Assembly (NCBI GenBank): GCA_024137785.1
Contig: JAHRHZ010000099.1
Span: 1,131,262 to 1,195,261, forward strand
Length of the DNA: 64,000 nt
Direction of reading: 5' to 3'
Source: Ginglymostoma cirratum
Lineage: Eukaryota
Every line of letters begins with the position of its first letter. Within the stretch, counting starts at the first letter, position 1. The notes under the pieces are model-generated. The model ran no database searches, was not told the DNA's origin, and saw nothing but the letters and a program-made list of their open reading frames with translations. Positions 1 through 12,622 of the stretch are shown piece by piece. The position numbers and the translations under genes are program-made.

Positions 1-1144
1 TGATGAAGAGTCTCGGCCCGAAACGTCAAGCTTTCCTGCTCCTGTGATGCTGCTTGGCCTGCTGTGTTCGTCCAGCTCCACACCTTGTTGTCCCCAATAT
101 TCTGGGGACCTGGGTTTGAATCCCACCACGGTAGATTATAGAATCTGAATTCAACCCAAGTCTGGAATTAGAAGTCTAACAATATGCTCCAAACCATTGT
201 TGAATCACGGAAAAGCCCATCTGGTCTCTGAAATGGATGACCAAACTATTCACTTGGATCAACCGCTGGAAAGTCCAAAAGAAGGCATGTAGCTGGACAG
301 GCCACCTGGCATCGACGTTGGCACTGGGTATACCTACATTAAATGGTTTGCAGCGGTTCAAGGTGGCAGCTCAGCACCACCTTCTCAAGGACAATTAGGA
401 TGGGTAATAAATGCATGTCCAGCCAGAGACACCCACATCCCACAAATGAATTTTAAAAAGTTTCTCACCTCTAAAACTCTAATCAGAATGACACACAGCA
501 CTTCAAATAATTTCTGACCAATACCTTAAATGGCACCAATGTAACTACTTCCAATTAGTATTCTATCAAAGTAATCTCGATACTTTGAATAACTTTTATT
601 TTAACGCATACTCCCTCCTTTGGTTTTCTGCTGTGATAATAATATTTCTACATTTAAATTATTTTGTATTCCAACTGCCACCTACTGAATCTATTATGTA
701 AAGGATCCAAAACATCTCCAAATTTAATGGTATTGTTTCTTATCACATGGAGTTGTGCCTATTATACTTTTCCACATAAGACTCCTTGGAGCTGAAAACG
801 TTTCCATTTGCAGCTGCCCTCAGTTCCCTGTATTATTTTAACACCATAATACTGTATTAACTCTGGCAAGGAACTAAAGGACAATCATTCACTGACAAAT
901 ATGGAACATTACCAAAATATATCTGAAAATGCCTACAACTGCCTTTTCTACTATGTATCATTTTCTAAATGAGTTCTAACTTAGAGAATAATCTCTCCTT
1001 ATGAATACGCATGAACTGTCTTTCAGCCTGTTAATACACCTCCGCACATTCACTGAGGGAAACTGTTATTAAATTTGAAATATGCATTCCCATTCAAATC
1101 CAGTAGATGGCACTGCAGACACCAGAACGCAGGTTCACTAATAC

Positions 1145-2062
1145 ATAGAGACAGCAAGAACTGCAGATCCCGGAGTTTAGAGATAACACAGTGTGGAGCT
1201 GGAGAAGCACAACAGGCCAGGTAGCATCAAAGGAGCAGGAAAGTTGACGTTTCATACAACATTTGTTTTAATGCTCTTTCTGACTTTTTTTTTCTGATTG
1301 CTTGGTGCTGTCAATATAATTGAGTCTGAACATTAGAAGACCCCAGGGCAATCCTGGAGTGTTGGCACTTGGCAACCCCAGTTGTTGACATTTCAGGTCA
1401 TGACCTTTCTTCAGAAATGGGGAGGGTGAAGGGAGCTCGGAAATAAATAGAGAGGAGAGGTGGGGCTGGGGAGGGTGGGGGGGAGGGCTATGGGGGAGTG
1501 TAGGTGGGGGGGGGGGGGTTTGGGTCTGGGGGTGGGGGGGGGGGGGGTGGATAGGTGGGAGAGAAGATGGACATGTTGTGTCAGGTCAAAGAGGCTGGAA
1601 TGAGAGGGTGGGTTGGTTATGGGATGACGCCAGGGGTGGGGGGTGTTTAAAACTGGTTAATTCCATTTTTAGGCCATCGGGCTGTAGGCTCCCAAAGCGT
1701 AAAATGAGGTTCTACTCCTCCAGTTTGTGGGTGGTGTCATTGTAACACTGGAGGCGGCCCAGATGGACATGTCACCTAGGGAGAGGGACAGTTAAAATGG
1801 TTCGCAACTGGAAGGTGTTGTCATTTGTCGCATACAGAGCGCAGATGCTCTACAAAACAGTCTCCCCACTACTCCCTACCTGCACTCACCTATCATCATC
1901 CCACCTACGTTCCCCAGCCCCACCCCTCCTCTCTCTATTTATTTCTGAGCTCCCTTCCCCTCCCCATTTCTGAAGAAGGGTTCCGAAGCGAAACGTCAAT
2001 TTTCCTGCACCTCTGGTACTGCCTGGCCTGCTGTGTTCCTCCAGCTGCACTCTGTGTTATCA
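1145..2062. mobile_element. Older Penelope-like insertion with inverted ends in PPIL2 intron 4
   Basis: The same terminal repeat in both orientations, G-rich tracts, and a degenerate KLEE..LILRFGSLQPDGL tail on the minus strand at about 1660-1750. Confidence 0.7.
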
Positions 2063-3323
2063 GTAATGCACAGTTGCTTCTGTGACTGATATACCAATAG
2101 TTGCAAATAGTTGCAGAAGGTGAAGACAAAATTGAAAGGGATTATTACAGGCAAGTAATAATAATCTATAATAAATGCTCACTTGTCCACCATCTTAGAT
2201 AGATTTAACTGTTTAAATAAAACGTTTACACTTTCTGACTGCCTCTTCCATTCATTTACTATAGCACAGACCATAAAATATGCCAAAAACCTGAAACAGA
2301 AAATGCTGTACCTCCTCAGGTAGATGGTGAGTTCAAACTTCAATGCTTCTGTGATGCTGGTAAAACTATTACTGATAACACCTGATCACCACACAAGCAA
2401 ATATCAAAATTACACCAGTCCCAGACAGTAAAACCTGGCAGCGGGTTTTACATGTCAGCACTAACTTAGACAGTAGTAGTTCACTGTTGGCTAGCTCTGA
2501 AGATGTTTCATGAGAAACATTAACCTAACTTTCTCTTCAGAACCTACCCAACCTGCTGCATACTTCAAACGGTTACAGTTTTTACTTCTGATTTCCAACA
2601 ATTACTTCTTTATTAATTCTCTAACTTAAATGATGCACCAATACTACCATGATCAATGAGGTTAGGAAAGCATGCAAGATTTTCAAAATACTCTGATTAA
2701 ACACAAAACAATCGGGATTCTCACCTCAAGAAAGTAGCTGCTTACACATAAATAACTATAACTCCCATCACAACAACTCATGGTCCTTTAGTCATTTTAA
2801 CAGAAAAGATTTAAACATGAGTGATTTAAGATAGAAAATCCTTGTTTAAATGAATTAGCTTCTCAAAACAGTGTTATGCTGAATTAAGGATTGGTAGGCA
2901 GGTGAATGCAAATACAATGTACAATGGTCAATTGTTTCTGTCTGAGGGTCCATTCAACAACCATGTCTCATTGTCCAAAGAGACACCTAGCACCTCTGTG
3001 TGATTTCAGTCAGAGCTGAGAGAAGCACTTCTAAATACCAGAACCTAAATACCAAGGCGAACACAAGCATAGCAGTCTCAAAAGGGAGCAATGCACTGAC
3101 TAGATTGATAAGACAGGAAATGGAGACAGTGCTAAGTTTAGTTAGAACATCTTCCAAAGTGGACTAATGATGAGATTTCTTTATTCTTCAATTATTGTAC
3201 AAACAAAAGTCACAACCTAGTCTGGCAACAACCTTTCCACATTGCGGCACTTTTCTCCCATACTCAAACTGAAATGCAACCTTAAAGCACTGTGCTAAGT
3301 ACAAACAAGGCTTTTATACTCAC

Positions 3324-3386
3324 AGGAGATCGAATACCATTCCATCAGGGGTACACACAGGGTACTCAAAGGGTTGAAGCGATAAG
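3324..3386 (-). CDS. PPIL2: PPIL2 exon 4, LSLQPFEYPVCTPDGMVFDL(L), start of the U-box; the gene continues left of the window
   Basis: 63 bp between tctttcag and gtgag; matches LSLQPFVYPVCTPDGIVFDLL. Confidence 0.95.
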
Positions 3387-4966
3387 CTGAAAGAGATTGC
3401 AACAGTGAGACAAGGAAGAATTGGCCAATGCTAAGTCCATATGTCTTTAATATGCAAAATTAAAATAAACAGATATGACAGGACTGACACTGTTGAGGTA
3501 CATTCAATCCTCTCACTTGACAGTGTTAAAATGTACACACACAACCCTCTGGGGACTGCGTTCCAGACAATAATTGACAAGAAGCGAGATACAAATAGTA
3601 AGTAGGAAAATAAACATAAGAAAATTATGCTTGGTCAGTGCACATTTGAGAGATTACTTTTACTTTCTGCACAGCACAAGTGCATAAAATGCCCAAAGGT
3701 CCACCTTTTAAAATGTTTAATGTCTTGTGTCAAAGATTGGAACTGATTCACAAATTGCAATAGTTATTTCGCCAGACTATGTTCTGCAGCCCTATCAGTC
3801 AGTCACAAATAGTACTGGACAATTAAACAACTAATCAGAGGGAGAATGCCCAACAAGCATCCCTCTCCTCAAAGATGGGGGAGCCCAGCATGATAAAGAC
3901 ATGCAAAAGGCTCATGCCTTTATGACCATCTTTATCCAAAATACTGAGGAGATTGACAAGTTGGAGGAATGAGTGGATAGGCAGCAGATGAGGTTCAATG
4001 CAGAGAAGTGAGAGGTGATGCATTTTAGTCAGAGGAACACTGAAGGACAACATAAAACAAAGGGTACAATTCTAATTGGAGCACAGGAGCAGAAGGATCA
4101 GAATGGCATGTGTACAGATCATTGAAGGTGGCAGGACACCTTTTAATTCAATATTTAAACTTAAATACTCAGTCAAGACTTAGAAAAATACTGCAAAGTT
4201 GTTTTCCGAATGAACTAAATGGATCTTTACCACGAAAGGGTGCATTATTGTAAGAAACACTAATGGTGAAACTATTGAAACAAAAGCAAGTGATTCAGAG
4301 TTGAAGCACCTGTAATGAGATGGAACTGCAAATACTCTTTCATTTCTCAAAAGTCTCAAAGAATTCAGGGAAAGGTTTACAAATGAAACAGGCTGGAGAT
4401 ACAGGAACTGACATCAGTCCATAACACAATTACTCTGAATCCATGTCACCAGCAACTCAAACTTTAAAGAGAGAAACAATATATAATCTCCTTACAGAGG
4501 TTGCAAACAGAATTATATTCAAGATGTGAAGGTGGTTATCATTTTACTGGAGTGATGTGTAAAATTTTGGACAGACAGGGTTGTTGAAGAGGTAAGCTAA
4601 GAAAACTGGACTCTGCAGATTCATAAGAATATTTTAAAGATACAGATGTTTCTTTAATCTTTTCCTCTTTAATGTTTCTAAGGGAATTGCAACAAAATAG
4701 GATGGTGGAATGGTATGTTGGTAAGAGGGTTGGAAGGAACTTGAGGATGTTGAGCCCTAACAATGAGGATTCTAAAAACAGTACACAGACTTCAAGCAGA
4801 GGCCTTACTGTAAGCAATTCAAATGATTCACACTGAATTGCCATTCCAAGTCTCTCAGCTTCGATGCAATCTGTAGTTGAATTTCATTGTTATTACCGCA
4901 ATATACTTTCAGGAGCACAATATGCCAGAGATGTTGTACAATACAGCACCAACACGAAGGCCTTAC

Positions 4967-5012
4967 CTGCAGTGGTCGAAGGGCAAGCGGCGGAAGTTTG
5001 CTTGTGGAATAA
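4967..5012 (-). CDS. PPIL2: PPIL2 exon 3, (V)IPQANFRRLPFDHC(S)
   Basis: 46 bp between ttctgcag and gtaagg, phase consistent; matches LPQTNFRRLPFDHCS. Confidence 0.95.
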
Positions 5013-5284
5013 CTGCAGAAGGCAAGAAATATCAATAATGACTTTCTTAATGGAAACTACCTCACATCTTAATCATATGATCTGACTTCATGTTTTCTGA
5101 GAGAGGATTGGAGCAACATACAAGTCAGTCTACCAGGGCCATGATAACAATACAATATTCTATTTTCATAGCAACTTTAACATAAATAAATGCTCCAAGA
5201 CATTTCACAGGAGCGTCAGACCAGAAGTCTACAAGATATACAAGCAGAATTTGGACATTCAGCCCATTGAGCCTGCTCCACCAT

Positions 5285-6920
5285 TTGGAGTCATAGAGTC
5301 TTACAGCACAGAAACAGCCCCATAGGCTCAACTCATATATGCTGACCAGATATCCCAAATTTATCAAGTTCCATTTGCCAGCACTTGGCCAAAAGCCCTC
5401 CAAACCTTTTCTCTTCGTGTACCCATCAGATGCCTTTTAAATATTGTAATTGTCCCAGCCTTCACCACTTCCTCTGGCAGCTCATTCCATACACGCACTA
5501 CCCTCTTTGTGAAAATGTTACCCCTTAGGTCCCTTTTAAATCTTTCCCCTGTCACCTTAAACCTATGCCCTCTAATTTTGGGCTTCCCTACCCTGGGAAG
5601 ACGACCTTAGCTATTTACCTTCTCCATGTCCCTCATGATTTTATAAAACTCTATAGGTCACCTGTCAGCGTCCAACACTCCAGGGAAAATATCCTATTCA
5701 GCCTCTCCCTAAAATTAAAACCTCCAACCCCGGCAATATCCTGTAAAGCTTTTCTGAAACCTTTCAGGTTTAACACCATCTTTCCTATAGCAGGAAGAAC
5801 AGATCACGTTTGATGTTTTTCAGCCCCATACTCCTGACATCTCCCTGCAACCCTCGATCCCCTTAATAATAAGAACCCATCTGGCTCTGTCTTTAATACA
5901 TTCAATGACTTGGCCTCTACACCGTTCTGTGAATTCCACAGATTAATCACCCTGTAGCTGAAGAATTTCCTCCTCATCTCAGTTCTAAAGGGTCACCCCT
6001 TCACTCTGAACCCTATGCCTGGGTTCTAGTGTTTCTTACTAGTGGAAACATCTTCTCCACGTCTATTCTGTCCAGGCTTCTCAATATGCTGTCAGTTTCA
6101 ATCAAATCCCTCCTCATCCTTCTAAGGTCCATCAAGTACAGACCCAGAGTCCTCAACCACTATGACAAGCCCTTCACCCCGGGATCATTCTTGTAAACCT
6201 CCTCTAGATCCCCTGCAACACCAATCTTTCCTTAGATATGGGGCCCAAAATAGCACACAATATTCCAAATGCAGTCTCAGCAGAGCTTTTTCCAGCCTCA
6301 GCAGTACATCTCTGCTCTTGAATTCCAACCCTCCTGAAATGAATGCCAATATTGCATTTGCCTTCCCAACCGCCAAATGAACCTGCATGTTAACCTTAGT
6401 AGAATCTTGAACTAGTATTTCCAAATCCCTTTGTGCTTCAGATTTTTGAAGCTTTTCCCCATTTAGAACATAGTCTATGCCCCTATTCTTCCTACCAAAA
6501 TGCATAATCTCACACTTTCCCACATTGCATTTCATCTGTCACTTCTTTGCCAATTCCCTAGCCTGTCCAAATCCATCTGCAGCCTCTCCACTTCCTCAAT
6601 GCTACCTGCCCCTCTGCCTATCTTTGTGTCATCGGCAAATTTGGCAACAATGCCCTCAGTTCCTTCATCCAGATCATTAACATATAATATGAATAGTTGT
6701 GGTTCTAACACAGAGCTCCACTAGTCACTGGCTGCCATCCTGAAAAAGACCCATTTATCCCTACTGTCTGCTTTCTGCCAGTCAGCCAATGCTCTATCCA
6801 TGCCAGTACTTTGCCTCTAACACCGTGGGCTGTCTTATTTAGCAGCTTCCTGAGCGACACCTTGTCAAATGCCTTCTAAAAATAGATCATGTCCAGTGGC
6901 TCTTCTTTGTCTAACCTTTC
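5285..6920 (-). mobile_element. Two adjacent CR1/HER1-like LINE 3' fragments
   Basis: Minus ORFs KCNVGKCEIMHFGRKN...HLEYCVLFWAPYLRKD and GERFKRDLRGNIFTKRVVRVWNELPEEVV are typical CR1 ORF2 C-termini. Confidence 0.9.
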
Positions 6921-6934
6921 AAGCAAAGTATGTC

Positions 6935-7815
6935 TCAAATCACATGAAGGAATATTCGGGTAGATAACCAACATCTTGGTCAACGGGTAGGTTAATATGT
7001 CCTATCGGAGGAAAGACAAGCAGGGAGGTGGAGAGGTTTTCAGAAAGAATTCTAGAGCTTGGTGGCTAGGCAGCTCAAGATACCGCTGTCATTGGTGGAA
7101 TGATTAAAATTGGAAATGCTCAAAGGAGATCAAAATTAGACTTCACGGTGGGTTGGGATTTTGAGGAAATTACAGGGATAGGGAGGATCAAGACTATAGA
7201 TGGATTTGAAAACAAAATGAGAATGTTAAAACTGAGGTTCCATCTAATTTGTTCTTGCTAACCTACAGTAGTTCCCAGTATGATGGATTAGCAGATTTGG
7301 TCTACGTTACGTCAAGGGACGCGTAGAATTGGGATACCTTTAGATTTCTGAAGTGTAGAATGCAGCAGTAGTTCCTTGGAAGAGTCAGATCTAGAGATAA
7401 AGTCATGAATGAGGTTTGAGCTGATGGCATGAGGCAGCAACAGAGTCTGACTATGCCATGCAGGTGCAAATAAGCAGTCTTAATGATGGTGCAAATATGT
7501 TGTCAGAAGCTGCTCTGAGAGTCAAATATAACAACAAAGTTATGAACAGTCCATTCAGCTTCAAACAATTGCCAGGAATTGATGGAATTGTAGCTAAGGA
7601 ATGGAATTTACGATGGACACTGAAAACAATGGCTTTCTAATGTTTAGTTGGAGAAAATTTCCATTCACCCAGCACTGAATGTTGGACATGAAGTTAGACA
7701 GTTTACGTATAGTCGAGGGGTCTAGAGATGAGGTGGTGAGTAGAGCTGGTGTCATCAAAGGGTATGTGGAAACTGACACTGATTGTGGATGACATTCACA
7801 TTTAGTGAATGACAG
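6935..7815 (-). mobile_element. L2-like LINE fragment (also about 10680-10930 and 12940-13990)
   Basis: Minus ORF contains MSNIQCWVNGNFLQLN, like the L2 RT motif 'WM..NFLQLN'. Confidence 0.65.
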
Positions 7816-8131
7816 CACAAAACAGGGCTTTTCAACTGTACTTCACAGAAGCGCTGTTCCACCATACGTCCACCTACAAGAATCTGTAAACTGCTAGTGT
7901 CAATAATATTTCACTTGGCCATTCACTGACCATTATTAACTCAGCCCACAGGGAAGAGGCATCTGCAAATGTACCCCATCATACAGTTATTAGATCATCT
8001 AATATCAAAGGGTATTTAAAAAGCAGTTTGCATCAACAGAAAGATTGTAAGTATTGTTTATACTGTGCATTAACAAGGTCAACGGAAACCACAATACCCT
8101 GGTACTCAAGTACAGTGCAAATCCTACTTAC

Positions 8132-8181
8132 CTGCTTTCTTGCCACCATAGAAATTTGTATATTCTGTACAGGTAATGTAC
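8132..8181 (-). CDS. PPIL2: PPIL2 exon 2, YITCTEYTNFYGGKKA
   Basis: 50 bp between a tttgcag acceptor and a gtaag donor. Phase fits exon 1; matches human YITCAEYTHFYGGKK. Confidence 0.95.
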
Positions 8182-9479
8182 CTGCAAAGGAAAATAAAGT
8201 TCAGTGCAAGATTATAAACAGTAGAATGAAGTGGCAGGGGTAACGTCACTAGATTACTGATTGAGAGACTTAATCCAATGCTCTGGGCACTTGGGCTTGT
8301 AGCCCAGCGCAGCACCTGAGGGAAATTAAAATCAATTAATAGAATCCGGAATTGTTGCCATGGGTGATTTGGTGGTGGAGAAAGCTGTTTGCTGTGTGTA
8401 ATTGCACTTATGGATGAACAAAAAAGGGAAAAATCCAAGTGGTCACGTGGTGCGGTGGTAGTGTCCCTACCTGTGAGCGAGAAGCGCTTGGCTTCAAGTT
8501 CCACTTGCTCCAGAGTTACATCATAACACTTTTGAACATCATTAAAAGTATCTACAATCTGGAATTGAAAGCTAGTCTCAGTAATGTTGACCATTAAACT
8601 ATCACTAACTGTCATAAAGATCACCTTGTTCACTTGTATCCTTTGGGTAACCTAACCTGGTCTGGCCTACACGTGACTCCAGGCACTCAGCAGCACGCTC
8701 ATTCCTAACTGCTATATCAAATAGCCTGGCAAGATACTCAGTTCAAGGGCAAAAAATGTTGACCTTGCCCGTGAGACACTCACCCATTGAAGGAAGAGGG
8801 CAGCAAATTGGAACTTAGGAATGAGCAAGTCATCTAAAGGGACGCACGTACAAATTGATAGCTTTAAACAACAAAGTTAAAAATACATCCCTGATAATTG
8901 AGGTAGTAAAGTTAAATTTAAATGCATCCTAGTTAAAACCATACTTTCCAGAAAAGAGAGTAACCGAACTGAATTGAGTCAGGAGGACAGCTGGAACAAG
9001 ACTTACTCCCAGACAGCACACACATTCTGCCCTTCCCCAACAACATGCCTAACAACCCCATCACCCAGTCACCTCTTCAGGACAGTATCCACAATGTTTA
9101 GTAGCCAAAGTTCCAGTTCCAAAGCAGAGCTCAGGCAATTTGAATCCCACCGTGATTAATTTTGGAACTGAAAAAAAGCACTGCAGACTGAACTGGTTTT
9201 GTACTGCAAAACATTCTTTGATGATGGTTTGTCAGGCACACTCCTCACTCTGCATCACCTGATCGTGTTAGAAAATTCTATTGTGATTTCATTTTGTTGG
9301 TAAATACAGAATATCACAGTTTCTATGAAATGTCAATGTAAATTGCACCTTACAAAGAAAGAAGCTGATTTCTTTCATTGGTGACTAATGACACACTAGC
9401 TGCTGGCGTAGAAAAGGATCCTCAGAAAATCTGCAGTCAATGGCAATCAGGGCAAAATTTCTCAATTGCTCATAGTCAT

Positions 9480-10328
9480 ACCTCGATCAAGGCAACATTG
9501 TTGTGGTTGTTGGAAACCAATCATTTTAGTCCCAAAAAACCACTGCAGGGAGTGCATATTTAATTTCCTGAATGCAATCATGTTCAGTTGCTTCAATGAC
9601 CTTCCTTCTACCATAATATCAGAAGGGGAAATGTTCATTGATGATTGCACAAAACTGAGCACTATTCACAAATCCTCAGATATTGAAGCAGTCAATCCAT
9701 ATGAAGCAAATCTGGACAAAATCCAGTCCTGTCATGATAAGCTACAAAAAAAATCATCACATCTCTCAATTACCAGGCAACTGTCTGTCTCCCCAGAGCC
9801 TGTGTGTTATTTACAAGATAGAAATCAAGAATGTGATGGAATATGCTTCACTCACTGGATGAGTGTGGCTCCAGTAGCACTCACGAAGCTTAATGCCAGA
9901 CAAAACAAAGCATCCCATTGACCGGTACCCCCTCTAATACCATCAACATTCACGCCCTTCAACACTGCTGTACAATAGCAGCAGTATGCCATCTACAAGA
10001 TGCACTATAACAACTCACCAAGGTTCTTTAGACAGCACCTTCTAAATCCCCAACCTTTACCACCTAGGACAATAAATACTTGGGAACATCAATACTTACA
10101 AGTCTCCTTCCAATCCATACACCATTCCGAACTGGAATTATATCACCATTCCTTCACTACTGTTTGGTCAAAATCCTGGAACTCCCTTTCTAACAGCACT
10201 GCAGGCACACCTAACCTCAATGGACTCCAGCAGTTCAAGAAGGTGCCCTTTCAAAAGGTTAATCAGGGATTGGACATAATTGCTGGCCCAGGCAGTGATG
10301 CCGACATCTCATGAACAAATAAAAATAA
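9480..10328 (+). mobile_element. Decayed CR1/L2-group LINE 3' end
   Basis: NDLPS..SEGEMFIDDC resembles the RT F/YADD region; 3' tail shared with the second SINE family. Confidence 0.65.
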
Positions 10329-11045
10329 ACTTGTCAAAATGCAAGCTGTGGATCCTTTTGCGTGGAAGTGACAGCAATATCTGAGTTAATTTTAGGTAAG
10401 CGACTGTCATTTCCAGATACTTGAGATTAACAGTGTTTCCAATCCCTTAAGTGTTGTCATTGCCTTACAATGCATTATATTCTGTTACTCCACATATAAA
10501 CCCAGTGAACATCTGCAGGATCACTGAAATAGTGGACACAGAGGTGAGGTGCTGCAATGTAGAAAGAATTGCTACCTTCAGAACAGAGTGGAAAGAAAAT
10601 GTAAAAATAACACAAATAGAAACTGCTGCACAAGTCTGCAGCATACAATGGCACCTAATTTAGTGCTTCGAGCACTGATTAGCAAGACTAAAGAGGCAGT
10701 ACAAAAAGACCAAACGATGAATCAAAACCGTAGCTACTGAGGAGTATTTTAAAAGAAGAATACAGAGGTAATTCCAGAGCTCAGGGTCTAGCAGACCGAA
10801 GAAGAGTCATCGATGAAGAAGCAATTTAATATCAGGGATGCACAAGAGCACAGAATATTGGAGAGGTGGGGAGAATAGAGATGGGGAGGGGAAGGATTTG
10901 AAAAGAAGCGTGAGAGTTTTAAAATTAAAGAGGGTCATGTACTCAGGCCGAGTCGCAGTGAACTAAATGAGCTGTTTGAGTGTCACAAGGAGGGCAAAGG
11001 GAGATGGGGCCGCTCTCCCAACAGCAGGAAGAACTCGAGGCTCAC

Positions 11046-11077
11046 ATTTTATCTTTCTGGTGCTGCCTCTTCCCCAT
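11046..11077 (-). CDS. PPIL2: PPIL2 (U-box cyclophilin Cyp60) coding exon 1, MGKRQHQKDKM
   Basis: The minus strand reads ATG GGG AAG AGG CAG CAC CAG AAA GAT AAA AT|gtgag. This matches the PPIL2 N-terminus as I recall it; 32 bp coding with a canonical donor. Confidence 0.95.
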
Positions 11078-11084
11078 GGTGTCC

Positions 11085-11270
11085 GGATCAGCCGCCGCTA
11101 CCTCAAACCCCAGCTCCAAACAAAACCTCCCTCAGTCCGCCGGAACTGCGTTCACTTCCGGACAACCGGTTCGCCTGTAACAAAGGGCCGGACAAACCCG
11201 GAGCGCTGAAAGGAATGTTCCGCCCCGACTTATGTCTGGGAAGTTAACAAGGAGCCAGTGCGAAATGCGG
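11085..11270 (-). promoter_or_regulatory. CpG-rich TATA-less PPIL2 promoter/5'UTR
   Basis: Local CpG enrichment, ETS-type motifs (ccggaa 11140-11145, cacttccgg 11153-11161) and a GC box ccgcccc at 11220, immediately upstream of the ATG. Confidence 0.7.
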
Positions 11271-11737
11271 AAAGGAGGTATCTTGCTGCTTGGGTCCATT
11301 TCATTATCTGCTCAGTCATTTTAAATGGCTCGATTTTATGGTCAATATACGGTTTTCCGAAAGTTTACAGAATAACTATGGATTTATTTTATCCATTGTG
11401 ACGGCAACATGGTTAGTCTAACCTGATGAGGTATGTTGTGGTATACCTTTGGCGGTGAGGTGAGACTTGAACCTAGCTTCTCAGGTTTGGAGATAGCGAC
11501 ACTGCCACTGCGCCATAAGAGCCACCACATCACTACGTGGATTGTAGTGATTCAAGAAAGCAGCTCATCACCATTTGTTCACGAGACTATTAGGCTTGGA
11601 CAATAATAATTGTCCAAAATAACTGGCTCAGCCAGTCGTGCCCACACCATCTGAATTAGTGAAATATGTATATGTACACAGAGGTTAACAATGAAAGGTA
11701 GAGACTTAGTGGCATGATGTAAAGACAACAATCTCTC

Positions 11738-11912
11738 CAGGAACTGCAGATGCTGGACAATCTGAGATAACAAGGTGTAGAGCTGGATGAACACAGCAGG
11801 CCAAGCAGCATCAGAGGAGCAGGAAAGCTGACGTTTCGGGCCTAGACCCTTCTTCAGGAATTTTCGTCAGCTTTCCTGACGAAAATCCAGCTCTACACCT
11901 TGTTATCTCAAT
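11738..11912. mobile_element. Penelope-derived terminal repeat (other copies at 1-90, 27935-28055, 35645-36000, 43845-43920)
   Basis: Same family: gagataacaaggtgtagagctggatgaacacagcagg...gacgtttcgggcctagacccttcttcag. Confidence 0.7.
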
Positions 11913-12622
11913 CTCTCCATCAATGTCAGCAACAAGCAGGAGCTGGTTATCAACTTCAATAAGCAGAGTGAAGCGCATGCACCTGTCTGTATCAATGGTG
12001 CTGAGCTGGAGACAGTTAAGAGCTTCAACTTCCTATGAGTAAAGATCACCAACAATGTGTCCTGGCCCATCCACGTTGATGCTCCGATTGAAAAAAAGCA
12101 CACCAACACTTCTTACTTCCTCGGAAGGCTAAAGAAATTCGGCATGCAGCATAGAAAGTATCCTATTCAGATGCATCACGATGTGGTATAGCAACTGCTC
12201 TGCCCAAGACTGCAAGAAATTACAAAGAGTTGTGAACACAGCCCAGTCTATCATGCAAACCAGCCTTCCAATCATTGATTCCATCTATACATCCCGCTGC
12301 CTCGAGAAAGGAGCCAACGTAATCAAAGACCCCTCCCACTGCACTTATTCTCTCTTCCATCAGGCAGAAGATACGAAAGTATGAAAACATGTACCAATTA
12401 ATTCAAGAACAGCTTCTTCCCTGCTGTTATCAGACTTTTGATTGGACCTCAAATATTAAAGTTAATCTTTCACTGCACCTTCTCTGTAGCTGTAACACTG
12501 TATTCTGCATTCTGTTCTATTACCCTGTTGTACTTATGTAAGTTATGATTTGCTTGGATAGCACACAAAACAGTACTTTTCACTATATTTCAGTACACGT
12601 GACAATAATAAATCAAATTAAA
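11912..12622 (+). mobile_element. Rex1/Babar-like non-LTR retroelement 3' end (another tail at 26690-26930)
   Basis: WYSNCSAQDCKKLQRVVNTAQ...RCLEKGANVIKDPSH, with an aataaatcaaat tail. Confidence 0.7.

Noticed and set aside
1455-1565. G-rich tract with G-quadruplex potential
   Set aside because: Part of the Penelope-like element's purine-rich region, and homopolymer lengths are unreliable.
1-3323. PPIL2 exon 5 (NIVPWLKKYGTNP-like)
   Set aside because: No matching exon found by eye; it probably lies left of the window.
8124-8633. 169-aa minus-strand ORF
   Set aside because: Only the last ~17 codons are real (PPIL2 exon 2); the rest is intron and SINE sequence.
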